Positions 1 through 10,400 of a stretch of 45,482 bases of DNA are shown here, one piece after another. Made by a program: the position numbers and the translations under genes. The stretch comes from Chrysochromulina tobinii (taxonomy: Eukaryota), in the NCBI GenBank assembly GCA_001275005.1, contig JWZX01002912.1, forward strand, positions 1 to 45,482. Reading direction: 5' to 3'. The stretch's first letter is position 1; every line of letters begins with the position of its first letter. A model generated the notes under the pieces. The model had not been told where the DNA came from. It did not search any database and was given only the letters and a program-made list of their open reading frames with translations.

Positions 1-1410
1 ACCCTTCATCTCGAGAGTGAGCAGGTTGTCGAGCTCGTCGCGCACGAAGGGCTCCTTGAGGGACGGCGGTAGCTCTTTGAGCATCGCGGCGAGCATCGCG
101 TACGTGCGGTTGTCAAAGAACGGCCTCGCGGTGTAGTCCGCCTTGAAAGCCGCTGCTGCGAGCCGTACTTGGTCGTGAGACATGCCCCCCTTGAAGTAGA
201 CCGTCGTCTGGAATCGCAGCTCTGCGCTCTCCATCTTGAGCGAGTCCGTCGTCGAGACGTGCTTGAGAAGCTTCGCGACCAGCGCGACGCCCGACTCGAT
301 CAGGTTGATGTCCGAACGGACCTCCTTGAGGAAGACGCGCGCCGCGTCTGTCTCCGGCTTGATGGAGGCGAGCACCTGCCGCGCGAGCCAGCGGTTCGCG
401 TCCACGTACTCGTCCGTCGAGTGCGCTGTGTGGACGGTTCGCGGGTCGGCCCGCAGCGTCATGCCCACGAGCTCGCTTCCCTTGGCGCTGAGACCCGAAG
501 CCGCCCCCGCGAGCGTCGTCGCCCACTCCCGCATCTCGGTGACGTTCTTCTCCATCGGGCACGTCGGGACGATGCCGTCGCGGATGTCCTTGGGCGTGTG
601 AACCTTGGGCTCCCGCGGCTCGGGCTTCATGAGCTTCATCGTCTCCATGAGGGCGACGAGTACTGCGTCACGTGACGTGGACTCCTTGTGGTGCATGCTC
701 GCCAGACTGACCCGCATCACCTCGAGCTCTCGTGCCATGAGCTTCTCTTTGGCCTCTGCCTCGACCGCCCGCCGCCGCGCTGCGGCGTGCTCGAGCGCCT
801 CTTGCTCCGCTAGCGCTCGCTCTGCGGCTAGCCGCTCGCGTCTCTTGCCGCGCTGGAGGATCTCCTCGACCGTGGCCTCCGGCTCTTCGTCTTCGAGGGC
901 CTCTTCGATCGGTTGGCACGTGCTCGTGCTCAGGCTCACGCGCATCGAGCGACGGCGCTCGGCGACTCTTTGCAGCTCTGCTAGCAGCGCACGCTCCGTG
1001 CGTTCGATGTCCGCGCTTTCGTCGGCTTCTGCTGACGCCTCTTCGGGCGTGAGCGTGCGGGACGAGGTTTGTGCTGCAACTTTTGTTATGTGCTTCGTCG
1101 TGACGTCGACCTCCGTAGTTCTCGGAGACTTTTGCATTGTTTTTGCCCATAAATTGTCAGCATGTTGACCCGCACTGGGATCCCGAACCTGCGGTTCGCG
1201 GCGGATCTCGCTGGGCGAGCCGCGCCATTGGGTGGACGTACCGTCCTCCTTGTCCTCCGTGTCGTACGAGTTCTCGTCGTACGGCGGGGCCTCCGGTGGT
1301 GCCTTGGTTCCGGCACCTGTTCTGGGGTTCGCCCAGGGATCGTTGAAGATCGTTGAATTACCACTCGCTACCATGGGAACCGGAGCCCTTGGCTCCAGGG
1401 ACCCTTGCAT
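1..1410 (-). CDS. Gag-like ORF of a probable LTR retrotransposon (runs off the left edge)
   Basis: Not in the ORF track because it has no stop in the window. Manual translation from ATG 1410 (alternatives 1374, 1137) stays open to base 1: MQGSLEPRAP...coiled coil...YAMLAAMLKELPPSLKEPFVRDELDNLL, resembling the 'LP..y..f' segment of copia-type Gag. Intronless and directly downstream of a candidate LTR. Confidence 0.55.
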   Translation of the reverse strand, partial: MQGSLEPRAPVPMVASGNSTIFNDPWANPRTGAGTKAPPEAPPYDENSYDTEDKEDGTSTQWRGSPSEIRREPQVRDPSAGQHADNLWAKTMQKSPRTTEVDVTTKHITKVAAQTSSRTLTPEEASAEADESADIERTERALLAELQRVAERRRSMRVSLSTSTCQPIEEALEDEEPEATVEEILQRGKRRERLAAERALAEQEALEHAAARRRAVEAEAKEKLMARELEVMRVSLASMHHKESTSRDAVLVALMETMKLMKPEPREPKVHTPKDIRDGIVPTCPMEKNVTEMREWATTLAGAASGLSAKGSELVGMTLRADPRTVHTAHSTDEYVDANRWLARQVLASIKPETDAARVFLKEVRSDINLIESGVALVAKLLKHVSTTDSLKMESAELRFQTTVYFKGGMSHDQVRLAAAAFKADYTARPFFDNRTYAMLAAMLKELPPSLKEPFVRDELDNLLTLEMKG

Positions 1411-1464
1411 GCCGCTTAGGAGGTCCGGCGAGTAGACCTGACCTCTCGAGAGCGGGCTGAAGTC

Positions 1465-1614
1465 TGTCAGAGGTTCTTAGATGTCACACCGGACAAACAC
1501 TCTTCGACTCGCGCGCGGGGACTCCGCGCGCCCTTTCACCGGGACGGCGCTTGACGTAACTCTACGTGCATGCGACCGGAACGTCCCGGACCCGGTTTAC
1601 CGACTCGCATAACA
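1465..1614 (-). mobile_element. Candidate 150-bp 5' LTR
   Basis: On the minus strand it starts TGTTATGCG (1614) and ends CTCTGACA (1465), giving TG...CA termini with an imperfect TGTTA/TGACA inverted repeat. It lies between the PGM stop codon and the Gag-like ORF. No canonical TGG primer-binding site is seen and the second LTR is outside the window. Confidence 0.4.
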
Positions 1615-1617
1615 TGC

Positions 1618-4600
1618 TCACGAGCATCTCCACTCCTCTTCGCCATTCTCACCCACCACCACCAGGCACGAGTCCGACTGCTCGCCAGGGCTGGCGTTTA
1701 TCGTCGGCAGGTCGGCCTTGATCTCCGCCTGCACGGCCTTCACCTTGGCGGGGTCGCCAAGGTACCATCCCGACCGGAGCGGCCGCTCCGCCCACGGGGT
1801 CGCGATGGGCTGCAGCTGCTCGTCGAGCTGATACACGAGCGGCACGGCGTAAGGCACGTCGACCAGCGGGATCTCGTCAATCTCGAGCTGCTCGAGGTGC
1901 TTGACGAGGCCACGGAGCACGTTCTCCGACGCGACGACGAGGACCGTCGGCACCTGATGAGGGAGGCCATCAGGAGGTCATCGAAGGCAATCAAGAAGCA
2001 ATCAAAGGTCATCAGCGACCATCAGCGGCCATCAGAGGCCATCAGAGGCCATCAGAGGACCGTCCGCACCTCGTACTCCTCGCCACTCTCCGGGAGATCT
2101 CAATCTCAATCTCAATCTCAATCTCAAGATCAAGATCCGCACCTCGTACTCCTCGCCACTCTCCGCGCACGCCGCGCGCGCCTTGGCAACAGCGCGCTTC
2201 ATCGCAGGCTGCAGCTCGCCATACAGGAAGGGGAGCGTCCGCGCGGTGCAGTCGCGTAGCGACTCGGCGTCGGGGGGGAAAGGCAGTTCTACGAACTTGT
2301 CGTCCTCAAGGATGGAGCAGCTGCCGCGGTCGCGGTCGCTGTCGCTGTCGCTGTCGCGGTCGCGGTCGCTGTCGCGGTCGCGGTCGCGGTCGCCGTCGCC
2401 GTCGCCGTCGAAATCGCGGCCGTTGCTGCTCTCAGAGCTACCCTTGCTACTCTCGCGCAGACTGGGCTCCACCACGTCTTGGCACATCGCCTGCCACCTC
2501 TCGCTCAGCCCATCCGTCGCGCCGTATCGGCGATCGATCATCTGACGTCGCAGGGTTTCGTCCCACGGAGGCGGCCGGTCGTAGTACCCGCGACGCCACT
2601 TTTGCACTTGCTTGAGGCCGTGCCGATCAACGCACTCCGCTTTGACGAGACCAGTGAGCGCGCCGTAGTTTCGCTCGTTGAGCCGCCACGTGTTCCGGAT
2701 CGGCGTCCACTGCCATCGGCAGCAATCAGTAGCAATCAGTAGCAATCAGTAGCCATCAGTAGCCATCAGTAGCCATCAGTAGCCATCAGTAGCCATCAGT
2801 AGCCATCAGATCGGCGTCCACTGCCATCGGCAGCAATCAGTAGCCATCAGTGGTCACCTGCAAGTCCATCTCGTCGAGCGCGAGCCACGCTGTCTTCACG
2901 GCGCGCTGCAGCAGCGACGTGTAGAGCACCTGGTGGGGAGGATGGCGCCGTGGTGAGGACTTGCATGCAGCGCTGTCTTCACGGCGCGCTATAGCAGCGA
3001 CGTGTAACGCACCTCGATCTTATTGATGCCGACCCCCTTCAGCAGCTGGCCCGCGAGCCGTGCCTCATCGCGCCCGCGGCTGGTCAAGTCGGGGTCTGCC
3101 CAGCCGGTGAAGATTTTGTCGAGATTGTAGCGCGACTGTCCGTGGCGTAGCAGCACGAGCGCGCAGCGCACCTTTTGCTTCTGGTTGCGCACCTGGTGGC
3201 GGCGAGAGACGCGCTGAGAGATGGGTGGTGCGGCGCGGCGCGGCGCGGCGCGAGCAGCGCGAGCAGATGGGCGCAGATGGGCGGAGGTTGGCAGAGATTG
3301 GCAGAGATTGGCGGAGATTGGCGACAGCGGAGGGTGAGAGCAGCAGTGGAGGGTGGCCGCACGAGCCGCACGTATCTCCTCCCCCTTCGCGTTGGCTTGG
3401 CTGGCGGCTGGCGGCTGGCGGCTGGCGGCTGGTGGCTGGTTGCAGCGGTGGCGGCGGTGGCATACCTGCCGGTTGCGCGTCGCCAAGCGGAACTCGGCAA
3501 GTTCCGAACGCGCTGTCTTTTCTAGGCGCAGCGACTCCTGCCATATCAGGGAGGACGCGGAGTGGCAACTCAGCCGTCGCGACCGCAAGTGATCTAGAGG
3601 GGGAGACGGTGGCGGCGTGAAGACGCCCCATCCTTCCAAATATGGGAGGAGTTCACACCTGGAAGAAGTACGAGGGCGGCGTCTGCCGAACGGTGTAGGC
3701 CTCGCCCTCGATCTCCGCCAGCGCGCGCCCCGCCGTCTGCGCCGCGAAAGCCGCCTGCACCAAGTTGCCATCGGCGCTGAGTGGGGAGTACGCGATGTCC
3801 TGTCTCACCTGGTCCCTCATCGCAAGCTGCGCGGCGCGTACTCGCGCCTCGTCGCATAGGAAGCGCCCATGGCGGACGCAGCCCTCGCGGTCTGCCCAGA
3901 GGCCCTGCACGCGCACGTGCTTGAGGGTTTCGTCAAAGTCATAGAGCAGCGGCGTGCCCGTGGGCACGTCGAGGTGGAACACGTCGTCGTCGGAGATGCC
4001 GTCTAGCTTCTTGACGAGCGCGCGCAGCGTGTTGCCGTGAGACACTACGAGGACGGTCTTGCCGGCGACGAGGGCGGGCTGCAAGGTCTCTTGCCACAGC
4101 GGCTCCAGCCGGGCGCACACCATCCTCAGCGACTCCGCGCCGGGCACATCCGACGGCTCGTAGCGTGCATCCGCCTTGAAGGCCTTCTGCAACGGGTTCC
4201 CGTCGGGCAGCAGAGGAGGCAGCTCGTCGTACTTCCGACGCCAACCCATGACGGTGTCTTCGCCGTACTCCTGTGCCAGCTCACGCTTGTTCCGGCCCGT
4301 GAGCATGCCCGAGTGCTGCTCGTTCAGCTCGACGTGCTTGTGGACTGGGATCCAGCAGCCGTTCAGTGTCGAGAGCAGCAGCACGCTGGTCCGGATGGTC
4401 CGACGCATCATCGAGGTGTGCACCTCATCGACGTGAAGGCCCTCGGCCGCGATCAGGCGGCCAACCTCGCGCGCCTCTGAAATGCCCTGCTCCGTCAGAT
4501 CAACATCCACCCAGCCAGTGAACAAATTTGCACGATTCCATTCTGACTGTCCATGCCTCACGAGAATAAGCCGTGCGTGGGGCTCGCGGCTTTGCGCGAT

Positions 4601-4714
4601 TAGGTTGAGGCGGTGCGCTCTCGGCGGTGCCGAACGCGGCAGTGAGTGGTGCTGGAGTGGCACGAGCGCTGCTGCCGCTGTCGTGAGGAAGACCATGTGC
4701 ATTTTCTTTTGCAT
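1618..4714 (-). CDS. gpmA: Tandem two-domain cofactor-dependent phosphoglycerate mutase (dPGM), probably plastid-targeted; exons 4714-3659, 3537-3466, 3192-3013, 2929-2858, 2709-2143, 1953-1618 (~760 aa)
   Basis: Domain 1: [43 protein letters not shown]. Domain 2: [48 protein letters not shown]. Five GT-AG phase-0 introns join the frames cleanly. Hydrophobic then Ser/Arg-rich N-terminus. Confidence 0.9.
1954..2142 (-). other. PGM intron 5: GAGATT hexamer array, internal copy of the exon-exon junction, CTGATGGCCT array and CCTCCCTCATCAG acceptor
   Basis: GT at 2142, AG at 1954; removal restores EEYE|VPTVLVV. The internal GAGGAGTACGAG-GTGCGGACGGTCCTC matches the spliced junction with 1 mismatch. 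Confidence 0.85.
2326..2410 (-). repeat. Coding hexamer microsatellite (GACCGC/GACAGC/GACGGC) encoding [10 protein letters not shown]
   Basis: Tandem hexamers visible in frame within PGM domain 2. Confidence 0.8.
2710..2857 (-). repeat. PGM intron 4: (CTGATGGCTA/CTGATTGCTA)n 10-mer array with a duplicated acceptor plus exon start
   Basis: 10-mer array at about 2720-2810. GATCGGCGTCCACTGCCATCGGCAGCAATCAGTAGC occurs at both 2698 and 2809. Removal gives [18 protein letters not shown]. Confidence 0.85.
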
Positions 4715-5077
4715 AAGGTCACGTACTCGGTCGCGCTGGCCGCGTTACCCTGCTCCACGTGCGCGCGCGCGCGCGCGTGCCCTGGCGCAACAGAGGCATC
4801 CCCCGCGCAAAGGCAATCCGAAGTCCGCAAACTCTTCGAGATTCGGAGAGCTCGTACGGAAGTCAAGTCAGGTCAAGCCAAGTCGTGCGGAAGGGAGCGT
4901 CGACAGTGCCCAGAATGCACGTGCAAAGATGATGGCCGATTCCATTGATGCTTTCTTCTTTAGGAATCCTACTTTTGTGACGAAGACACCACGCCGCCCC
5001 CCTGACGAGCTCACCCCGTGTGTGTCCTGTGTGTCCCGGCTCCCCCCGGTGTCTTTGAACCGGCGGTTTGCCCTAAA

Positions 5078-7330
5078 ATGTCTTCAAAGTTGCCTTCGCC
5101 AAAATGTGCAAGTCTGTCCTCTAAGCGTCGCGGGCGGATGCCGGGGAGTCCCGTCGACTCGGATGAAGATATGCTGCGGATGCGGACGGAGCTAGCCGAG
5201 CAGAAGAAGCGCATGCTCGAGGAGAAGAAGCGCAAGAAGGAGGAGGAGGCAGCGCGCATCAAAGCGCAGAACAAGGCCATGCGCGACAAGATCAAGAAGA
5301 CCAAAGCAGCCACGGATAACAACATTGCCGATGACGTCACCGCAGATGGTAAGAGTGTAGGCCAGCTCCGAGCGGAGGAGGCGGCGGCGTCCAAGGCTCG
5401 GATGGAGGCGGAGGCGGCGAGGCTCGCGGCGGAGAATGCGGCCCAGCGTGAGCGCATCGCCAACACGGTCGCAGCCACAGATGACGAAGTCTTTGATGAC
5501 GTCACCGCAGATGGTAAGACCGTAGGCCAGCTCCGTGCGGAGGAGGCGGCGGCGTCCAAGGCTCGGATGGAGGCGGAGGCGGCGAGGCTCGCGGCGGAGA
5601 ATGCGGCGCAGCGTGAACGCATCGCCAACACGGTCGCAGCCACAGATGACGAAGTCCTTGACGACATCACCGCAGATGGTAAGACCGTAGGCCAGCTTCG
5701 TGCGGAGGCGGCTGCGGCGTCCAAGGCGCGGTTGGAGGCGGAGGCGGCGAGGCTCGCGGCGGAGAATGCGGCGCAGCGTGAGCGCATCGACAAAATTCTG
5801 GGCAACGCTCCGAAAAAGGCTCCGGAGAAGGGTGGCAAGAACGCGGGAGCAAGCAGCAGCGACGAGCCTCCGACAACCGACGCCTTCAAGACCCTGCGCA
5901 AGGTTGTGAAGGCGGCTCAAATCAAGGAAGCTCTGGAGCGCAAGGAGGCTCAGGAGCGAGAGCGTTTGGAGGCCATCAAGGAGGCGCGCATTGCTGCCGA
6001 GCGTGCCCACATTGCTAAGCTCGAGGCCGATCGGCACGAGCATGCGGAGAGGCGACGGACGTCGCCGCAGCTCGAGATGCTCGTCAAATGCGGCTTGGCC
6101 ACGCTCAACCGCATGTCCAAATCTGAGCGGGGCCTATCCGCGCTCATCAACGACGTGGGCGAGCTGCTGCGCGAGGCTCAACGGCTTTCGGAGGCGGAGG
6201 CGCTCTTCATCGAGGTGCGTGGACGCGCGACGAACCCTGACGAACCCTGACGAACCCTGACGAGCACCAATGCGCCCTGACGAACCCTGACGAGCACTGA
6301 CGCGCCCTGACGAACCCTGACGAACCCTGACGAACCCTGACGAGCACTAATGCGCCCTGACGAACCCTGATGCGCCCTGACGCGCCCTGACGAACCCTGA
6401 CGAGCCCTGACGAACCCTGATGAGCCCTATCTGCCCTCCCACGTGCCACTCCCACGTGCCCCGCCTGATTGCCTCCCTCATCAGGCGCTTGAGGTCCGGC
6501 GAAAGGTCAAGGGAGATCACGACCCGAGCACGCTGATCTCGCTCAATAATCTCGGCCTGCTGCTGAGCGAGCTCGGGCGGTACAACGAGGCGATGCCGTT
6601 GCTCGAAGATGCGCTCGAAGCACGCCGGGATGCCCAGGGGCCAAACCACCCGGAGACCCTCACGGCGATGAACAACTTTGGCGCGCTGCTCAAGGCGATG
6701 GGTCGTTACGAAGACGCGCTGCCATTGTACGCGGAGGCCTTGGAGACGCGTCGCGCCGTGTTGGGCGATACGCACCCGGACACTCTTGCCTCGATCAACA
6801 ACTTGGCCTCGCTGCTGCAGTCGCTGGGCAAGCACCGACTCGCCGAGACTCTTCTCGAAGAGGTGCGCCCGAGATTGCGATCTGAGTGCGATCTGAGAGC
6901 GATCTGAGTGCGATCTGAGTGCGATCTGGGTGCGATCTGAGTGCGATCTGAGAGCGATCTGAGTGCGATCTGAGTGCGATCTGGGTGCGATCTGAGTGCG
7001 ATCTGGGTGCGATCTGAGTGCGATCTGGGTGCGATCTGAGTGCGATCTGGGTGCGATCTGAGTGCGATCTGAGTCGCAATGCTTCGATGCGCTTGATGAC
7101 CGTGTGGCATTCGTGTGGCATAGGCGCTGTCGGCCGCACGCGACTCCCTCGGGGCTGAGAATCCATGCACGAAGATCTTTGAGTACAACCTGGCCAAGGT
7201 GCAGGAGAGGCTACGTCAGGAGCTCGAGTCGCTCTACGTCAAGCGCGCCACCTCGCAGGAGTCCATCCGTTCAATCTATGCCAAGCCGGCCGAGCGTGAA
7301 GTCATTCATAACAAACCGTACGCGAAGTAA
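5078..7330 (+). CDS. Coiled-coil/repeat protein with C-terminal kinesin-light-chain-like TPR repeats; exons 5078-6214, 6485-6862, 7124-7330
   Basis: 42-aa TPR_12-type units (HPETLTAMNNFGALLKAMGRYEDALPLYAEALETRRAVLG; HPDTLASINNLASLL). Two GT-AG phase-0 introns give LFIE|ALEVRR and LLEE|ALSAAR. Confidence 0.85.
5306..5788 (+). repeat. Three near-identical 165-bp (55-aa) coding repeats
   Basis: GCAGCCAC starts at 5306, 5471 and 5636; peptide unit AATDDEVxDDVTADGKTVGQLRAEEAAASKARMEAEAARLAAENAAQRERIANTV. Confidence 0.9.
6215..6484 (+). repeat. Intron with (CGAACCCTGA)n 10-mer array ending in TGATTGCCTCCCTCATCAG
   Basis: About 19 degenerate units at 6231-6420; acceptor cassette at 6466-6484. Confidence 0.9.
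6863..7123 (+). repeat. Intron with (GTGCGATCTGA)n 11-mer array
   Basis: About 18 units at 6876-7075, with GT and TAG boundaries. Confidence 0.9.
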
Positions 7331-7868
7331 GTAGGCTGTGGGCACCCGCGCTCGTTTTACGTTTAGTGCCTCCGGCATCACTCCAGCAGGGGCGTCATGG
7401 AGTTGTGCACTGTGTGGTGGAGCGCGCATTTTTCAAAGCTTTTGACCCGGAGTATTGTGGCAGGGCAGGTTGGAGCACACTGTTTGTTCATTAGGAGCAC
7501 GCGAGTTTGACCGTGTCTTAGCGATCATGTACGGTGTGGCCGAGACCCGAGTTGTTACCGCTCCTGTTCACAGCCAATGGTTATAATTCGACACCCAAGA
7601 CACCGGACCGCGCGTACATAAGAATGCCATTTCCGCAAGCTCGGCTCGAGGACCCCTGCGCCCTGGACCCCTTGTAACCACTCAACCATCTCGTTTACTC
7701 GTCAGCCGCCGGGCCGGGCGATTGTCGCTAAGCCCCGCCCGGACGCCAAAAACGCGTCCTTAATCAGGCACATCTCCATTTCGGTGCCTTCTTCCAAACT
7801 GGCTGCCGCTGTTCACAGCCAATGTTCACAGTGGTAAATGCGAGTAGAGAGGGCCCGTACAACTACTC

Positions 7869-8741
7869 ATGGACTGTCGGCTCGCTCGCTTGACGCCTCC
7901 TTATCGCCTTGTGGTGGTGGACATGGACGGCACATACCTTAATTCTGCAGGTCAGATCTCGGAGCGCAACTACAAGCTCGCATCCACGCTGCAGCAGCGC
8001 GGGGTTCACTTTGTGATCGCCACTGGTCGGCCTTCCGCCGTGCTGCAGCCTCTCATCAACGAGATGGGAGTCGCCTCGCTGCCCACTGTTACGTTCAACG
8101 GCGCGTGCCTGCAGCACGCCCGCGCAAACTTGCCGTCCACGCCGCTGTGGTACGACGCCATCGAAGCAGCAAAAGCCCGCGAGGTTGTGGCGCTTTGCAC
8201 CGAGCAGCTCGGCCTCGGCATCTCATACAGCACTCGAGCGACGTCGTATTTTGTCGCGAGCACGCCGGAGCAGCGCGAGAAGCTCTCCACGTACGAACGG
8301 CTTGAGAAGGTGGCGCAGGACCACGTGCTCGGCAGCGCCGCCGAGCTCTTCGCCGTGGACAGCCTGCCACTCGCGCTCAAGATCGTGGCTCTCACGCCCA
8401 CGCCCGACGCCCACGCGGCGGACGCGCGCGCGGCGCTGAGCGGCCGCGGAATCCACGTCATCTCGGCCGAGATGCACATCGAGTTCGTCAATGAGCACGT
8501 GAACAAGGCCGCGGCCCTCCGAAGGCTCTGTGACGTTCTCGGTGTTCCGCTGGCTGGCGTCGTAGCGTTCGGCGACGCGATGAACGATCTCGAGATGCTG
8601 AGCAGCGTCGGGCTGGGCGTCGCGATGAAGAATGCGCGCGAGGCCGTCAAGGCCGTCGCGGCCGAGACGTGCGACTTCACGAACGATGAGGATGGCGTCG
8701 CTCGCCGATGTGAAGAGCTCATCACCCAAGGCTTGCTGTGA
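7869..8741 (+). CDS. Cof-like HAD-superfamily hydrolase (subfamily IIB)
   Basis: Motif I VVDMDGTYL, motif II ATGRP, motif III NKAAAL, motif IV AFGDAMNDLEML, then GVAMKNA and NDEDGVA. Confidence 0.93.
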   Translation: MDCRLARLTPPYRLVVVDMDGTYLNSAGQISERNYKLASTLQQRGVHFVIATGRPSAVLQPLINEMGVASLPTVTFNGACLQHARANLPSTPLWYDAIEAAKAREVVALCTEQLGLGISYSTRATSYFVASTPEQREKLSTYERLEKVAQDHVLGSAAELFAVDSLPLALKIVALTPTPDAHAADARAALSGRGIHVISAEMHIEFVNEHVNKAAALRRLCDVLGVPLAGVVAFGDAMNDLEMLSSVGLGVAMKNAREAVKAVAAETCDFTNDEDGVARRCEELITQGLL

Positions 8742-9279
8742 GAGCCGACGAAGGAGTTGTAGGAGCGACGGGGCGGATCGATATTAAGGTCAAAGCGTGT
8801 TCATTATGAATAAAAAGAGCACAGGTCGGCGAGGTCTTCGAATCACGAAGGAGGCGTCTTTTCAACTTTTCGAAGGAGGTCGCGTATAAAACAAATAACA
8901 ATGTCGTTTTGAATAGACGTCAATACACCCAAGATCATGTGCACACCGCAGTGTCACAGGACATATGACTTAAACACAGATGAGACGCGCCGCGCGTCAT
9001 ACTCCTCATACACCGTTCACCGCACCATTCGGTCACACGATGACTGTCGGGCATCTCGTACTTCGATCGTTTTGAGGAGGTCGCGCGGTCAAATCGACAC
9101 GTTACCCAGCAGCTCACGTTCGAACGTGGAGCTTTCGTCAACGCGCATGCGGCCTCGAGCGCTTCGCATGAATGTTTGTACCGTGCTTCACGGATGGTCA
9201 TCGAGGAGGCTGTAGTTAGTGGACAGTTGGTGGACAGACGCCTCGTAACGGCATCATATGGTACCTGTGCCTCGACGGA

Positions 9280-10068
9280 TCAGAAGTCATCGAAGAGGCT
9301 CTTGACGTACGCCTCGAACGAGGCGTCGAGCGCCTCGGTGACCGCACGCGTGAGCGCGCGCGGCCGACCGTTGGGAGGGTAGTTGTCGGAGGGGTCTAGC
9401 CCGTGTACAAAGAATTGGTCAGCCCATCCACGAAGAACAAGATCGAGATCGTCATCAAGGGGATCCCCTTGCCCAATCAAATCCAAAATTGTGCTCAGCT
9501 TGATGAAATTGTTGAAGCGTTTGACGATGCGTGCCGATGCGATGACCTTCAAGCCCGCCGCCCGAAGCGAGAGCCTCTTGGCCGCCTCTGCCGCCATCTT
9601 GCCGATCTTGGCCGCCTCATCCAACTTGCCACCCGCGCTGGAACCGGCGGCCGAGCCCCCCGAGCCAGAACCGGCGGCCAGCGCCGGTGCTGCCGCGGCG
9701 GTCACCGCCGCTGCCGCAGCATCGATAATCCACTGAAGTCCCGTGCAGCGGTGACCGAACTTGATCTGTCCGCACTTCCTGCACTTGTTGCGCTTCTTGT
9801 CGCCGTCTTCTCTCTCCCGTTCCGCCTTGGCGTTTTTAGTGCGCAGGTAGTGATTGCGAACCGCGGCGTCGTTCCGGGTGGGAAAGTGCTCTATCGTGAG
9901 CTTCTTCCACTGTATCTTGCCCTTTTCCATGTACGCACCGCCGTTGACAACGTTTGTCAGCAGTTCGTCCTCATCACCGGTCCACATGGTCTGCTTGTCG
10001 TGGGCGCCACCTCGCCTCCTCTTGTCCCCATGTTGAGCAAGGTCGGGATCTTCCCATTCATCTCCCAT
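9280..10068 (-). CDS. Myb/SANT plus CxxC-H-C knuckle protein, paralogue A (5'-deleted; possibly pseudogenising)
   Basis: WTGDEDELL...WKKL...FPTRNDAAVRNHY and CRKCGQIKFGHRC. The ATG homologous to paralogue B's start (10109) is 41 nt upstream and out of frame. Confidence 0.7.
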   Translation of the reverse strand: MGDEWEDPDLAQHGDKRRRGGAHDKQTMWTGDEDELLTNVVNGGAYMEKGKIQWKKLTIEHFPTRNDAAVRNHYLRTKNAKAEREREDGDKKRNKCRKCGQIKFGHRCTGLQWIIDAAAAAVTAAAAPALAAGSGSGGSAAGSSAGGKLDEAAKIGKMAAEAAKRLSLRAAGLKVIASARIVKRFNNFIKLSTILDLIGQGDPLDDDLDLVLRGWADQFFVHGLDPSDNYPPNGRPRALTRAVTEALDASFEAYVKSLFDDF

Positions 10069-10400
10069 GGGGTCCTCGAGCTTCGAGCTTTTTGGGAGCG
10101 CGGCGGCATGGCTGCGCGGCGAATGCGCACGATGTGCTTTTCAAATCATTTCCACAATTGCGTGGAAACGGAAGTTCGGTGCGGAAATGAAAACAAGTTG
10201 CGGCTTCGTTCGTTCGTTTCAGGACCCCCTACCCAGACTGGTACCTGGTGACACATCCTCTCATCTTCCGGCACGAGCACAGAGGGTCGTCCTTGTTCAC
10301 GGATGGGTTATCGAGGAGGCTGTAGTTTGCAGCTGTAGAGTGTATTAGTGGACAGTTGGTGGGCAGACATACGGCATCATGGTGCCCGTGCCTCGACGGA

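Noticed and set aside
1954..1975. Hammerhead ribozyme core CTGATGA on the strand opposite the acceptor cassette
   Set aside because: No stem II followed by GAAA and no cleavage-site helices at the copies I inspected. It is simply the complement of TCATCAG.
6231..6420. Interstitial telomeric repeat (AACCCT in CGAACCCTGA)
   Set aside because: The period is 10 rather than 6-7 and CCCTAA is not repeated. It fits the CTGA 10-mer intron family better.
6706..7197. ORFs made of repeated peptides (RSHSDRTQIAL; also MREAISMQS at 42489-43028)
   Set aside because: They are translations of intronic satellites and of the acceptor cassette's complement.
9040..9280. Coding-looking + strand stretch (SGISYFDRFEEVARS...)
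   Set aside because: No start or recognisable domain. Possibly a gene remnant, but not supportable.
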